A DNA stretch of 63,988 nt, filler included, from Octopus bimaculoides (taxonomy: Eukaryota): the NCBI RefSeq assembly GCF_001194135.2. It is 6 parts of 6 records of this genome, joined end to end, with 100 filler letters (N's around TTAATTAATTAA, not from the genome) between each part and the next. Parts side by side here need not be neighbours in the genome. Positions count along the whole stretch, not along the records: positions 1 to 23,600 come from NC_068986.1; positions 23,701 to 34,383 come from NC_068987.1; 4 more parts are not named here. One strand, given 5' to 3'. This document shows, in pieces, positions 12,101 to 24,421 of the stretch (within the stretch, counting starts at the first letter, position 1; every line of letters starts with the position of its first letter). The notes beneath the pieces were generated by a model. That model worked only from the letters and a program-made list of their open reading frames with translations. It made no database searches and had not been told where the DNA came from. The translations under genes and the position numbers were made by a program.

Positions 12101-12807
12101 TTTTGGTTATTGGGAAGATTTTTCGAGAATCATCTTCATCGACGCACTTCAGTAATAAAACAAAATAAAACAAATGAAACTAAAGTCCATTCCAGTTCCA
12201 TTGTTTGGAAATAGATACAACCAAATAGATGAAGGTTTCGAGCTTGTACAACTTCGATATAATCAAATAAAGTTTATTCTTTCATATCTAAGGAAGATTT
12301 ATATCGAGTGGCGGGAAATTCTTCACGGAAGTGTTGAACGTTGCATAGACCAACCACCACAGTAACCCTAAACTTGAAATATGTTACGTGAAGTAAAAAA
12401 TCACGAAGACGGGTTGATCCGACTGTCTTAGGCTGAATATTCCAAAGTGAAATGTTAGTTTTCCTAATATCGAATATATTTGCCTTCTATTAATTCACAT
12501 CGATTATAAGGCGCATAAAGCTGGCTTTTCATTTTTATAAACTAAGCTTGCTTTTTTAGTAATGAGTGAGAGAAGATTGAAGGTTATTTACATGTTTACA
12601 AGGTTTTGTTTATATAACTTAGATAAAACCCAGCATAGAAGGAATTAAATTTAGACATTTAATACGAACCAAATGAATCTCTTTGGAAAATTTCGTTTTT
12701 AATAGCTTTCGAAATGACTTTATATAGCTGTACAAACATCTTGTTTAAAAACATAATGCACAAGCGTGCACGCGTACATATACCGATACACACATATACA
12801 CACACAA

Positions 12808-12877
<70 letters not shown>

Positions 12878-15800
12878 CACACACACAATTAAAAAAACCC
12901 AACTCACAGAATACACATGACTGTCTGTTATGACGTATTCTAGCCTTCAGCGAGATTCTTGTTTTCGTCTTTTTTTTTCTCTGTGTTTAAAGGTTAAAAG
13001 TTGTATTGTAAATATGTTTTTGTGGCGGTAATATTGTCGGTTAGAGAACTGAGCTAAATTATTTTCTACAACATCGAAGCTGTCTGCTGAGACAGGGGTG
13101 GATTCTCTGTGAACAGAATCCTATATGATGTTTCGATTTTCATTTACAAACACTCCACTTATGCACTTAGAAGACCTCCAGCTTTTCATTTCCTAGTTCC
13201 CGTCATGCAACATTTTCCTATGTAATTAAGAATTCATTATTTTCTGACAGTTGCCCTAAAGCGTGGTTTTTCTCTTCATTATTGAAACATAAATTTGTGT
13301 TATGTGTATTTATTTAGCCAAAGGAATCATTTTCAATCTATATTAATGTGTGCAGCTCTAGTACAGCTGAGCTACATTCAAATTACCCATCGCGTTTCTC
13401 TATTTACCTGTTAACGAAGAAACTAACCACCAAAAACATTTCCATGCGAAGTAGTCCTACACCGGTTTTTCCGATAATTTGTTGCTATGTTTTCTTAATG
13501 AACTGGCAGACTCTAGAGATATTTTCTATATATTGTTTAAATTTTAATCCCTTCGAACGTCGTGAGTAGTAGCTATGGAAACGTGTCCCAAAGTGGAGCC
13601 GTTAACAAAACAACAAATCCTGTTTATTATCTTATAATTTGACATATTAAAAAAGGATTAATGGTCTTACCTGGTAGCTTTAGGATTAGCGTTTGTGAAG
13701 TTTTGATATTCCTAATTAAACTATAAAACCATATTTACCCGTGTTAAGAATGCTTTTCCACAAAAGTTGATTTAGTTTTGGATTTAAATCCGATATTTTT
13801 TGTTTGAGAAATGTTTTATTTGCGCGTTTTAAATTCGCGAAATTCAATTAAAAATTTTGGTAACTAATCCGAAAATAAATAGTTTAGGGTGTTTGAATCC
13901 CTGTAAAAGTTTCAACCCAATAAAACCGACTAATGTAAAAAGTACCGATATGCAACATGTTTGCGGGTGGGATAATGGGTAATTGAAGCGAACTCAGTAC
14001 TTGGTTGGTTGTTTTTATTTTATGGACTCAGAAGAATATAAGTTAAAGTTGACACTGGTGCAATTTGAACATGGAATCTAAAGAGTTGTAGCTAAATGCC
14101 ACGAATCCTTATGTTCGCCAACCACTATTCTTTAGTTTACTTCTACTGATGTAAAAATAGTGCAAGCTAACAAGCGGATATCCGTTTCCCTTTCATCTAG
14201 ATTACTGATAATTAGGGTAATAAAATCCATATTTTGGTTGTGGGAACACATCCTAAACCGAAGTAAATTTCACCAGAACATCTTAACTAGTCAAGTATTG
14301 TTGAGAGATTGAATAACTTCTAAGAGACAGAAACACAGGAAATGAACAGGAATTCGTGATTGCACTTTATGAATAAGAAGTGATGTTTCTAAGTAGACAC
14401 CATGTTCTTTGTCGAATGATTTAAATCTGAAATTATAGAAATAACTCATAGAATTTGCTTTAATAGAATCGATATATGAGGCAAATTGTAGGAAACATTA
14501 AATTTATGGCAGAGCTCTAGTATTTCTGCCATCTTGGTTGAAACTGAATGAAGAAATCTTAGAGATACAGGAGAACCGAAACAAATGAGCTAAAAATTTA
14601 GTCTCACCCTTCGTTTCATGAACATAACACATTAATGGTGACAGGATATAAACTATGGTCTCTTTCGCTGGTCATCTCACGTATACTATCTCTGTTATCT
14701 TTAGTAATGTCTCCTCTGTTATATTTAGCAATGCCTTTATACGAACAGGAATGGTTGCTAAATATTTCACTATAAATATCAAAATAATTTACAAAAATCT
14801 ATTGATCTTTCAGAGTTCATATCTTAGCAGATCTCAGGCAATGTTTTACCGTCTTACCTGCAGGAGATCTAATTTGATTATGGTATACAGGTACAGTTTT
14901 CGCTCAATGATTTTTACGTTTCTAACTTTCGTTTATTGTTTCCATAAAGACAAAAGGAAATAAAGGCTTTACATTACAACTTGTTATTTTTAGATGGTTA
15001 CAATCACGTTTGAAATACTATGGCCACTAAAATATTTATAGAAACAAACCCCAGTGAGTCTGCCACAACTATTAAACATTGGCTCAATGCCGCGCCGTCA
15101 CTGTCTTTTGGCCACGGTAATGATTCGAGTTGTTTTGTTATGTATTGATCTACCGACAGACGCGACAAAAGAGTTGGAGATGTTTTGTTGAATAAAGTAT
15201 TGAAATCAATACATTATTTTGCAAGGCCGCCGTTTATGTTAGAAATATCACGTAAAACATTCACAAGTTTCTTCTAGTTGATATTACAAAGCCACCGAGT
15301 CTCTTCCAGAACAATTCCGTAATATTTTCTCAGACTTTAATACTTCAGTTTATTTCTAGAAAAATAAAGAAATAAATTCAAACTTCCATCCTCTATACAG
15401 AATTGAAGAAATACAAAAGACGCAAGCAACATTATTTTACTACTAACAATAATAAAATCGATAATTTAACTTACAAATCGCCATTTTAGTCAAATATAAG
15501 ATATTTATCTCTTGATTTTGCTTCTAAATATATAGAACACGTAAGCTCAAATATTGGAGTATATATTCCATTCTTTGACTCCAAACCGGGATCAAGATAA
15601 TAAATCATTTTATGCTCGGGGAACAGTGAGATTCGAAACGATTACTTGTATACATATTCTTAATACATTTCGGCTGATTAGAACGCAAATATGTCAATCG
15701 CTGTTGCGTTCGCTACAGGGAAACAGCTCCTTTACGACGAATGTCCATCACATAAGTAATTCATTAGTAGAAAGGAATCTGGGACATCGGTGTTCCAAAA

Positions 15801-16166
15801 TGTGTCTCCTTAGCTAGACGTACTCGGACCAATGAATCTAAACGAGGGCTGATGGTCTTTTCTCCTTTTTAAATATCATCCTATGCTAGTTTACTCATAA
15901 CTGCTCTACCAATTGAAGTATATTCCTCAGAGATCCTCTCTTACATGGCAACTCTTCTACATCACCAATTCACATCTTGACTCTTCTTATCGCTCTCATT
16001 CTTATACAAGAAAATCTACGTCTGCTCTTACTTAATAGGCAAGTTTTCTTCTGTCAGATCTGGTATTTTTTTTACACGATGCAATTTCACTTTCACTCTT
16101 GAGTAGAGATATATTTTAAAAATTTAATTAGAATGTTATTTCAATTTCAAACAGGTATGTGAGACA

Positions 16167-16385
16167 TAGGCGCATGGCCTAGTGGTTAGGTGTGTTGTTC
16201 TCACGATCGTGGTTTCGATTCTCTAACCGAGCAGCGCGTTGTGATCTTGAGCAAGACACTTCATTTCACGTTGCCCCAGTCCGCTCAGCTGCAAACGGGT
16301 CACCTTTCAACGGACCAGTCTTCTGATCCGGGGGCATGTTGGCCTGATCGCCTAGTCAGCGGGGTGGCATCATTCCAAAACTAAA
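16167..16385 (+). mobile_element. tRNA-derived SINE (family B)
   Basis: A box TGGCCTAGTGG, B-box-like GGTTTCGATTC, then CTTGAGCAAGACACTT conserved-domain-like body. Confidence 0.7.
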
Positions 16386-16683
16386 ACGATACAATATGTT
16401 ACTGGGATTCATAGTTGTCTTGGAATCGTGCTATGGTAAATAAGCGAAGAACCAGTTGCATATTGAAATTCAATTTGCTTATTGATTCGATGTTATAAAC
16501 CACGTGTCCCTGTCTTATGAAACTTTAAGATTAAATATTGTCAATTTGCAAATGTATAATAACTACTGCGGAATCTTTAATAGAAAATGGTTTAAATTGA
16601 AGTCGGCGTTGCTTGGTTTTCAGGATGAATTATTGTTAATGTACAATATAAAGACACACGTAGACACACGGAGATATAGATAT

Positions 16684-16805
16684 CCACATGGTTCTGGGTT
16701 CAGTTCCAGTGCGTTGCACCTTGGGCAAGTGTCTTCTATAGCCTGGGGCTGACTAAAAGCCTTGTGAGTGGATTTGGTAGACGGAAACTGAAAGAAGCCC
16801 GTCGT

Positions 16806-16841
<36 letters not shown>

Positions 16842-17057
16842 TATATATATATGTATGTATGTATTTATGTATGTATCTATGTGAGTGCCTTTGTGTCTGT
16901 GTTTACATCCCCCGTAACTTAGCTGTTCGGCAAAAGACATCAATATAATAAGTACTAGGCTTAAGAAATAAGCCCTGAGGTCGATTTGTTCGACTAAAAA
17001 CCTTTACGGTTGTGCTCCAGCCAGGCTGCACTCAGATCACTGAAACAAGGAAAAGAA
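16684..17057 (+). mobile_element. SINE family C (CORE-like body, internal microsatellite)
   Basis: CCTTGGGCAAGTGTCTTCT, GGATTTGGTAGACGGAAACTGAAAGAAGCCC and ACTGAAACAAG tail shared with 41665-42030 and 52418-52822. Confidence 0.88.
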
Positions 17058-17149
17058 TATAAATGTAATGTTTGTTTTATACTCAGTTATAAGCTTTCTA
17101 CACCGTGGCCTGGGTATATTTTCTGAGTTTCCCATTTTCCTTGCAGTTG

Positions 17150-17850
17150 CTTCTTTGCCATATTTTATGCTGTAGGTCTACACCAAACCTAACAATCCGA
17201 AATTCATGCCCTTTCTACATTAATCTTCATGCAAAGAAGTGGTTGAATTCTTTATGTCATGATTTGGATCTTCTTACGAGATGAAACTATCCATTTAAGA
17301 ATTTATTCAGATCGAAGGGCTGTCCCAATTTTGTGTAGAGTTAGATCTGGTTCGTTGAGCACTTGAATACCTGCTTCAGGAGCAGCTCAAAGAAAATGAA
17401 ATAAAATCATTGCTTTACTCCGATTCTCATTCCAAATCCTTTGGACATAAATCCGCCACACTCGCTAATACTCATTAATCCATCCCACAAAATCCTAATA
17501 GCACTTAGCAGCTTAAGACCACATCCAGTAAGTGTTAACAGTTAACAGCTTAAACAGGTTGTCCACTATACTAAGGCAGTAAAATACTTTCGTGAGATCA
17601 TTGAACATTAAATACAGAGGCTAATTCTATTATCTTTTCTTGGAGTTGGTGAAATATGCCTTTGATGGACCTCTTGGTACAAAAGCGCATTGTGACTCAT
17701 GATATACTCTGTCTACAAGTTCTTGAAATCATGAGGCGTATCTCTGCGATTACAATCGCTTCTGTTGTCTTCCTTCTTATACAGTGTAACAATGTTGGAA
17801 TTCTGTAAGGTGACAAAACAGATTGTGATGTTTGAGTAAGGTAGTCTCTG
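17150..17850 (-). mobile_element. Decayed RTE-clade RT fragment
   Basis: NSNIVTLYKKEDNRSDC, ESQCAF, MFNDLTKVF, GMRIGVKQ and FFELLLKQVF match RTE/BovB-type RT motifs with frameshifts. Confidence 0.7.
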
Positions 17851-18154
17851 TCCATTTGGTTACCACAACGCTCTGGCGGGAGAGGGGGGGGGGGAAGGAA
17901 ATCCTGGATTGAAAAAAGCAAGTATAACTTGTGTCGTAATGAGTAAAACTGGCCCAAAACTAGGGGCTAGAGATTGTTCCCGATGGCGTTAGGGGTTACG
18001 TAACTTCATTGGATAGCTACCATCCTCCTCAAACGGAACAGCCCTCAGTCAGTAAGGTGTTGTTTACCACTGTTCACACGTATGTGTGTGTGTGTGGGGG
18101 GGGGGGGGTGCAGCATATTGCAGACAAATGGTAACTTTCACTCTCCCTCTCTTT

Positions 18155-19177
18155 CTCTGTCTCTCTNNNNNNNNNNNNNNNNNNNNNNNNNNNNNNNNNN
18201 NNNNNNNNNNNNNNNNNNNNNNNNNNNNNNNNNNNNNNNNNNNNNNNNNNNNNNNNNNNNNNNNNNNNNNNNNNNNNNNNNNNNNNNNNNNNNNNNNNNN
18301 NNNNNNNNNNNNNNNNNNNNNNNNNNNNNNNNNNNNNNNNNNNNNNNNNNNNNNNNNNNNNNNNNNNNNNNNNNNNNNNNNNNNNNNNNNNNNNNNNNNN
18401 NNNNNNNNNNNNNNNNNNNNNNNNNNNNNNNNNNNNNNNNNNNNNNNNNNNNNNNNNNNNNNNNNNNNNNNNNNNNNNNNNNNNNNNNNNNNNNNNNNNN
18501 NNNNNNNNNNNNNNNNNNNNNNNNNNNNNNNNNNNNNNNNNNNNNNNNNNNNNNNNNNNNNNNNNNNNNNNNNNNNNNNNNNNNNNNNNNNNNNNNNNNN
18601 NNNNNNNNNNNNNNNNNNNNNNNNNNNNNNNNNNNNNNNNNNNNNNNNNNNNNNNNNNNNNNNNNNNNNNNNNNNNNNNNNNNCTCTTTCTCACTCTCTC
18701 TGTCTCTCTTTCTCTGTCTCTCTGTCTCTCTTTCTCTCTCTCTGTCTCTCTTTCTCTCTCTCTGTCTCTCTTTCTCTGTCTCTTTCTCACTCTCTCTGTC
18801 TCTCTTTCTCTGTCTCTCTGTCTCTCTTTCTCTCTCTGTGTCTCTCTTTCTCTCTCTCTGTCTCTCTTTCTCTGTCTCTTTCTCTCTCTCTCTGTCTCTC
18901 ATTCTCTCTCTCTCTGTCTCTCTTTCTCTCTGTCTCTCTGTCTCTCTTTCTCTCTCTCTCTGTCTCTCTTTCTCTCANNNNNNNNNNNNNNNNNNNNNNN
19001 NNNNNNNNNNNNNNNNNNNNNNNNNNNNNNNNNNNNGTGTCTCTCTTTCTCTCTCTCTGTCTCTCTTTCTCTGTCTCTTTCTCTCTCTCTCTGTCTCTCA
19101 TTCTCTCTCTCTCTGTCTCTCTTTCTCTCTGTCTCTCTGTCTCTCTTTCTCTCTCTCTCTGTCTCTCTTTCTCTCAC
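18155..19177. repeat. Compound CT-rich homopyrimidine array spanning gaps
   Basis: Direct reading; CTCTTTCTCAC recurs at 18684 and 18780. Confidence 0.95.
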
Positions 19178-19337
19178 ACACTAAGAATTATATCTAAATA
19201 CAAACCGTAAATCAAAAATAAAACCTTCTAATGGGACCACGTGGATATCATTTATCAGATGACCTCATTACCAGTTACACCACACTGCGTTTAAGTATCT
19301 TTTATTATACATGGAACTTGACAGGAACCCTTAATTT

Positions 19338-19378
<41 letters not shown>

Positions 19379-19926
19379 TATATGTGATCGTAAGTTTAAC
19401 CTAATACTCAACCATTAGCTTATCTAACTTAATATGCACTCATTTATACTCACAGATAGGCGTGAGAACTTATTCAGTTTTTAGGGAGTCTGTGATATTT
19501 CCGCCGCCGAAATAGAATGAAACCAAGTGGGCTTATATTACCAACTACCTTGAGAATTTAGCGTCACGCTACACTGGCCAGCCCTTAACCAATATTCATA
19601 AGTGCTTGTTGTTATTTTAGAATTTTATAGGAATTGAAATGAAAAAAATTTGATGTTCATGCTTCTCGCGCAGCAGCAATTATAAGGTTTGAGTTTTGAT
19701 TAAAGACACGATTTGTTGATTGACGTGATTCACCGGTCGACGTGATTGATACTGGTCCACTGATTGAGAGCAACAACGTCTTAATAAACATTCCTTAAGA
19801 CCAGATCTAGGAAAAAGTTCGCTGAAATGTCTATTACACAATACTAACTTCCTTTCCAGACAGCTCATTTACCTTATTTACATTATTTACATTTGACGGA
19901 TATTTGTCCTCATCTTGTTTGTTGTC

Positions 19927-19972
19927 AACACAACGTTTCGGCTGATATACCCTCCAGCCTTCGTCAGGTGTC
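19927..19972 (-). ncRNA. Minimal type I hammerhead ribozyme (intact core)
   Basis: GACAC-CUGACGA-A-GGCUG(GAGGGUAUAU)CAGCC-GAAA-C-GUU-GUGUU; palindromic ACGU stem III. Confidence 0.8.
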
Positions 19973-20070
19973 TTGGGGAAATTTCGAACCTGGGTTCTCA
20001 TTCCTAACGATGTTACTATTATTATATTATTATTATTATTATTACTATTATTCACCCCATAATTTCCCAC

Positions 20071-20144
20071 GGGCATATGGCGTAGTGGTTAAGAGCGCGG
20101 GCTACTAACCCCAAGGTTCCGAGTTCGATTCACGGCAGCGACCT
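20071..20144 (+). other. tRNA-derived SINE head (Pol III A/B boxes), not a functional tRNA
   Basis: A box TGGCGTAGTGG 20078-20088; B box AGTTCGATTC 20122-20131; anticodon-like loop CT-ACT-AA but only a 3-bp stem, no long Ser variable arm and a poor acceptor stem. Confidence 0.8.
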
Positions 20145-20228
20145 GATTAATAATAGTAATAATAATAATAATAATATAATAATAGTAACATCGTTAGGAA
20201 TGAGAACCCAGGTTCGAAATTTCCCCAA

Positions 20229-20274
20229 GACACCTGACGGAGGCTGGAGGGTATATCAGCCGAAACGTTGTGTT
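20229..20274 (+). ncRNA. Type I hammerhead ribozyme, core variant CUGACGG
   Basis: Same as the left-arm copy except A>G at 20240. Confidence 0.7.
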
Positions 20275-23127
20275 GACAACAAACAAGATGAGGACAAATA
20301 TCCGTCAAATGTAAATAATGTAAATAATTCCTCATCTCTTAAATATAGAACAGCTCATTTACCATTGGCTCTCACCTGACACACAACTCTCACCCGTGGA
20401 TTCACAAACTTTCTACTAGCGGCAGTGTGCTCCTTCCTGGCCATTAATACCGACAGATTAAACCAGATGGAGGCTTGTTGACGAGTTTTAAGTTCTCGAG
20501 TGAAATACTTTGACGATTTAACATTCTTGTGAAAACTAAATTTCAGGCGGATTTTGTTTCAAGATTTAATGGCCAGCGGTCAAGACTTAATGGCCAGTAA
20601 GCGATATCCCGCACCATTACCGTGGGACGCGTACCTCAAAGTATGGTCAGACCCGCATATCATTCTAATCATTGCACCATATTTCTGCTATACCTCTAGG
20701 CGTTTAAGTCTACCTTGTCACTGATCTACCAAGCAAAGAACGAGAGAGTGATCACTCGGCGCAGCTTTCAATTATTAATATATGTCTAGCCTAAGTTGAG
20801 GCTTGATTTTTTTTTAAGATCCAAAGACAGAATGTTTTTATGCAGCAGTCGGGGTATCATAGAGAATGGAATACCGTCACTGCCATAGTTTCTTCAACTG
20901 TGAAGGCACACAGAACGTGTGCCTTGGATAGCAGCAGTTGTGACTTGAAACAACAACGAAGGCTGCAGCCATGCGGCATGATTCCATCGTTGGTTGTTCT
21001 TCGAGAAGTGTGGTTGGTATTTAAAAGGAAGAGTCTTGGAGGAAGTGAAATGGTACGTTATGATGTTCATGTATTTTTCTGTTAAAAGTAAGACTATGTC
21101 TCAGAGAAGACAGACAAGGCAACTAACAGTACTGTGGTCCGCGAGCCATTATTGAAGTAAATATCTCGACATATATATGACGCCTGTATACAATAAAACT
21201 GTCGAGGAGGAATAAGTCTTTTCTAAAATGAAATTAAGGAACTGAAAAGGCTAAAATCGTTAGCGAAAAAGAAAAGGGGTGGTGGTGGTGGTGATGGCGC
21301 TGTACATCGATCTGTTTATAGTGGAGAGAGTTAAGCTTAAAGCACGGTTGTTGCCTAGCTCCAGGTTTGTCTTGATTGAGCAGAACTAAAATAAAAAAGT
21401 GTTCTTGCTGTGACTATCCCGTGTTTTTATACATTTAGAAATACATAATTAAATGTCGTAAAATATATTTGCCAACTAAATGTGGCGGTCCTATAGAGGA
21501 CGATATTACTGTTGTTTTTAGTCCCAGGAAGACATCTCCTTCAGCAGGCCAACGGCACACAGTCTGTGTCCGATTATTGAATGTATTCTGTTTTTAGGAC
21601 AGTAAGAGGTGATTTGAGGATCTGACTGCTATCATAGCAAGTTCAGGAATCAGGTAGAAGTTTCCTTGAGATGAAGGGTCACGAATTTTTATAGGAACCA
21701 AGAGATTGGATAGTGTGATGTTTCCAAGAGCGTTTGCAAACTAAGTTGTTCTTGATTCGGGTTACCAGGAAATAATTTCTTTGCTTCTGGTACAGCTGCA
21801 CTGTAAGAAGGGATTTAGTTCTTGGAAAATGGTTCATCTGCAATTCACAATACAAAGAATTTAATTATAAAAGCCACATGGATTAGTAATTATCAAGCTA
21901 GATGTACAATGAAAAATTGCTGAAATCCATTTATTAAACAACAGCGATTAATAATTACTTTGTCAAGTCGCTGGAATATTTTTGTGAAAAGTTAAATTTA
22001 AAACGAGATTAATTTAACATCGTCTCTTTCCATTGTTATTCATGAATTATGGAATTAAAAAGAAATATATGATACTATTTTTTATAATTAAGTTCAGAAT
22101 GTATTAGGTTGCTATAATGTCTGGTTTTATCAAAGAAAAAAGATATTGTATTTCTGTAATTCAATGAAATAAAAAATAAAACCGATGAAATGAAAAAGCG
22201 AGGTTGTATTGAATCTATTGTAACAGGTTCAACCAGTTTTATGGAAACGTTCAATATATCGGAAAAACTATATAAACAGGTGCAACCGATTTAATATAAT
22301 GATTAAAAACGTGCTTGAGAAAATGGAAAATATAGAAAAAACTGTTTAATACAAACATTGCTAAAAGATTATTAATAGAGATATGAGGACAATACATTAC
22401 TATTCACCGAGCAAGTTGTTTTTTTAAACCTATTTCCAAAGACACCCAATCATCATCACTAAATATATATATGGAATTTGAAGTGAACTTACTTTTAGAA
22501 TTCTTGATACTTATGTATTTTTCAATGTCACAAATATATTATTAATTATTTTTGTTCATCTAACAATCTTTTACCTTCTCATAATACTGTCGGATTCAAC
22601 TGGATTAAAAATAAAATATTATTCCTAGATGTGTTCAGGCTTTTCTTTATTGAAGAAAAGCAAAAAAAATTGTTTCACTAACATGAGTTTACGTCTCTGA
22701 CTTGCAGCAATGCCAAATTCTACTAAAATATTTACGACACAAAGTGAGTCCTTGTCACGTTGATTGTTAGCAATGGCTAATGCATATTATAAGGCATTCT
22801 ACCTTATACTGAACAAACTTATGATTTGCAGACTCGTAGTAACAGTAGATAGTATTTCAGTTCAGTAGAATCAAATTCTGAGTTCGAATCCTATCAAAGT
22901 GTCTTTAATCATTTTCAAATCGATGGAATAAGTACCGATCATAGAATACAGACGATCCAAACACACCAATATTAGAATTTGCCAACATTTAAACATTGAT
23001 TTGAGAGTCTTCTCTTCTGGAGTTTCCTTATCTTCCCATCACTAAAACAACTAAATTGCTAGTCATTTAGTATACACGGTACACTGTACAGTGCAGTCGT
23101 TGCTGGTGCACTGTCAGGTGCACACCA

Positions 23128-23134
23128 CATGCAC

Positions 23135-23177
<43 letters not shown>

Positions 23178-23183
23178 GCCTGC

Positions 23184-23255
<72 letters not shown>
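23128..23255. repeat. (TATC)n microsatellite
   Basis: Direct reading. Confidence 0.98.
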
Positions 23256-23324
23256 ATTTGTCACATCACCTGCGCACCAGACCCACCCACCCATCCACAA
23301 CTATTTCTCTCTCCTTCATGTTGA

Positions 23325-23600
23325 TATTAAACAGAGTAGAGGGTGAACTAGTTAAGAAGCTAGAAGAGGCAATTAGAAGTGGCATCGCATCCGACGTTTT
23401 GGCGGCGAGGTTGGCCCTTGACCAACACTTCAACGCCAAACACGAAGGGTGCGTTGTCAGGGCTAGGATGCGTGCTCTAAGAAACGAAGGTGTTGGAGCC
23501 GCACGAGAGGCCCGGGTGGCGGAGGCGCAACAGGGCAACAAAGCCACCATTCGGTCTCTGGTGGACGAACAGGGGCGCGAACTGCTCGAGCCAAGCAAAA
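23325..23600 (+). mobile_element. L1/Tx1-clade ORF2 fragment (EN-RT linker)
   Basis: GCVVRARMRALRNEG..KATIRSLVDEQG resembles the L1/Tx1 GAxIRSRxxWxEEGE..KTIxxLxDExG pattern; open frame up to a gap. Confidence 0.7.
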
Positions 23601-23700
23601 NNNNNNNNNNNNNNNNNNNNNNNNNNNNNNNNNNNNNNNNNNNNTTAATTAATTAANNNNNNNNNNNNNNNNNNNNNNNNNNNNNNNNNNNNNNNNNNNN
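23601..23700. other. Artificial 100-bp scaffold join (44 N + TTAATTAATTAA + 44 N)
   Basis: Identical construct at 34384-34483, 55049-55148, 57808-57907 and 62784-62883. Confidence 0.97.
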
Positions 23701-23739
23701 ATATATATAAAAAGGAAAAATAACTCAAGTGTTTTCATA

Positions 23740-24147
23740 TATACATACATACACATACCCATATACATACATCCACATATCCATATATATGTGTGTGCAT
23801 GTATACATATATATATATATATATATGTGTACACACACACACACACATGCACATATATACACAAACACACACATACATACATAAACACACATACACGCGT
23901 ACATACATATATACATACGCACACATACATATAGAAATATGTACTTACATACAGAACATAATAACGCATACATATGGGTTTATACAAATACATACACAAT
24001 TATATATGCTTACATATACGTAGATTTGTACACATATACACACATATATATATACTTACAAACATACGTACACCCCCCCACAGGTATACATGTATACATA
24101 CATACACAGATACACTCATCCACACATATATATACCCATATACACAC

Positions 24148-24202
<55 letters not shown>

Positions 24203-24310
24203 AAAATGTATATACATACATATACATACACATACATACATACATATACATATACATACACATACACACATATACATATATATATATACACACATACATA
24301 CACACATACA
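23740..24310. repeat. Complex CA/TA/CATA low-complexity tract
   Basis: Direct reading. Confidence 0.95.
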
Positions 24311-24322
24311 TAAGATGATTCT

Positions 24323-24421
24323 CATGCTTTCCCTGATGAGAAGGTTACAATTTTAATATCAAAGATCCCTATGGATCACACAGGTTGTAATCCTTTGAAA
24401 CATATGTAGGAATAAAGTATG
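24323..24421 (+). ncRNA. Type I hammerhead ribozyme with long branched stem II (intact core)
   Basis: UUCC-CUGAUGA-GAAGGUUACAA..UUGUAAUCCUUU-GAAA-CAUAU-GUA-GGAA; stem III ACAUAUGU is palindromic; stem I extends as CAUGCUUU/AAAGUAUG; inner hairpin GAUCC/GGAUC. Confidence 0.85.

Larger units (their letters stand above)
19874..20349 (+). mobile_element. tRNA-headed, hammerhead-bearing SINE-like element with an inverted 5' copy; 14-bp TSD
   Basis: TSD ACAGCTCATTTACC at 19860-19873 and 20350-20363; arms 19874-20052 and 20149-20327 are inverted with one mismatch; tRNA-like head at 20071-20144. Confidence 0.92.

Noticed and set aside
11600-12150. Toll-like receptor TM/TIR-like reading on the minus strand
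   Set aside because: Multiple stops and no clear TIR boxes; a Penelope RT relic fits somewhat better, though also weakly.
13671-13711. Minus-strand exon candidates with strong donors (also 48458-48532 and 50928-50978)
   Set aside because: Weak acceptors or unrecognisable peptides; such matches are expected by chance in 64 kb of AT-rich DNA.
18074-19210. Long ORFs (RE-rich, SL-rich) and the many YI/CV/HT-rich ORFs in the track
   Set aside because: Translations of microsatellites and N runs.
20071-20144. tRNA-Ser(ACT) gene
   Set aside because: Poor acceptor and anticodon stems, no long variable arm, embedded in a TSD-flanked repeat; it is a SINE head.
23645-23656. TTAATTAATTAA motif recurring five times
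   Set aside because: Always centred in 44 N + 12 + 44 N; a stop-codon linker added by the assembler, not biology. Adjacency across these joins is unreliable.
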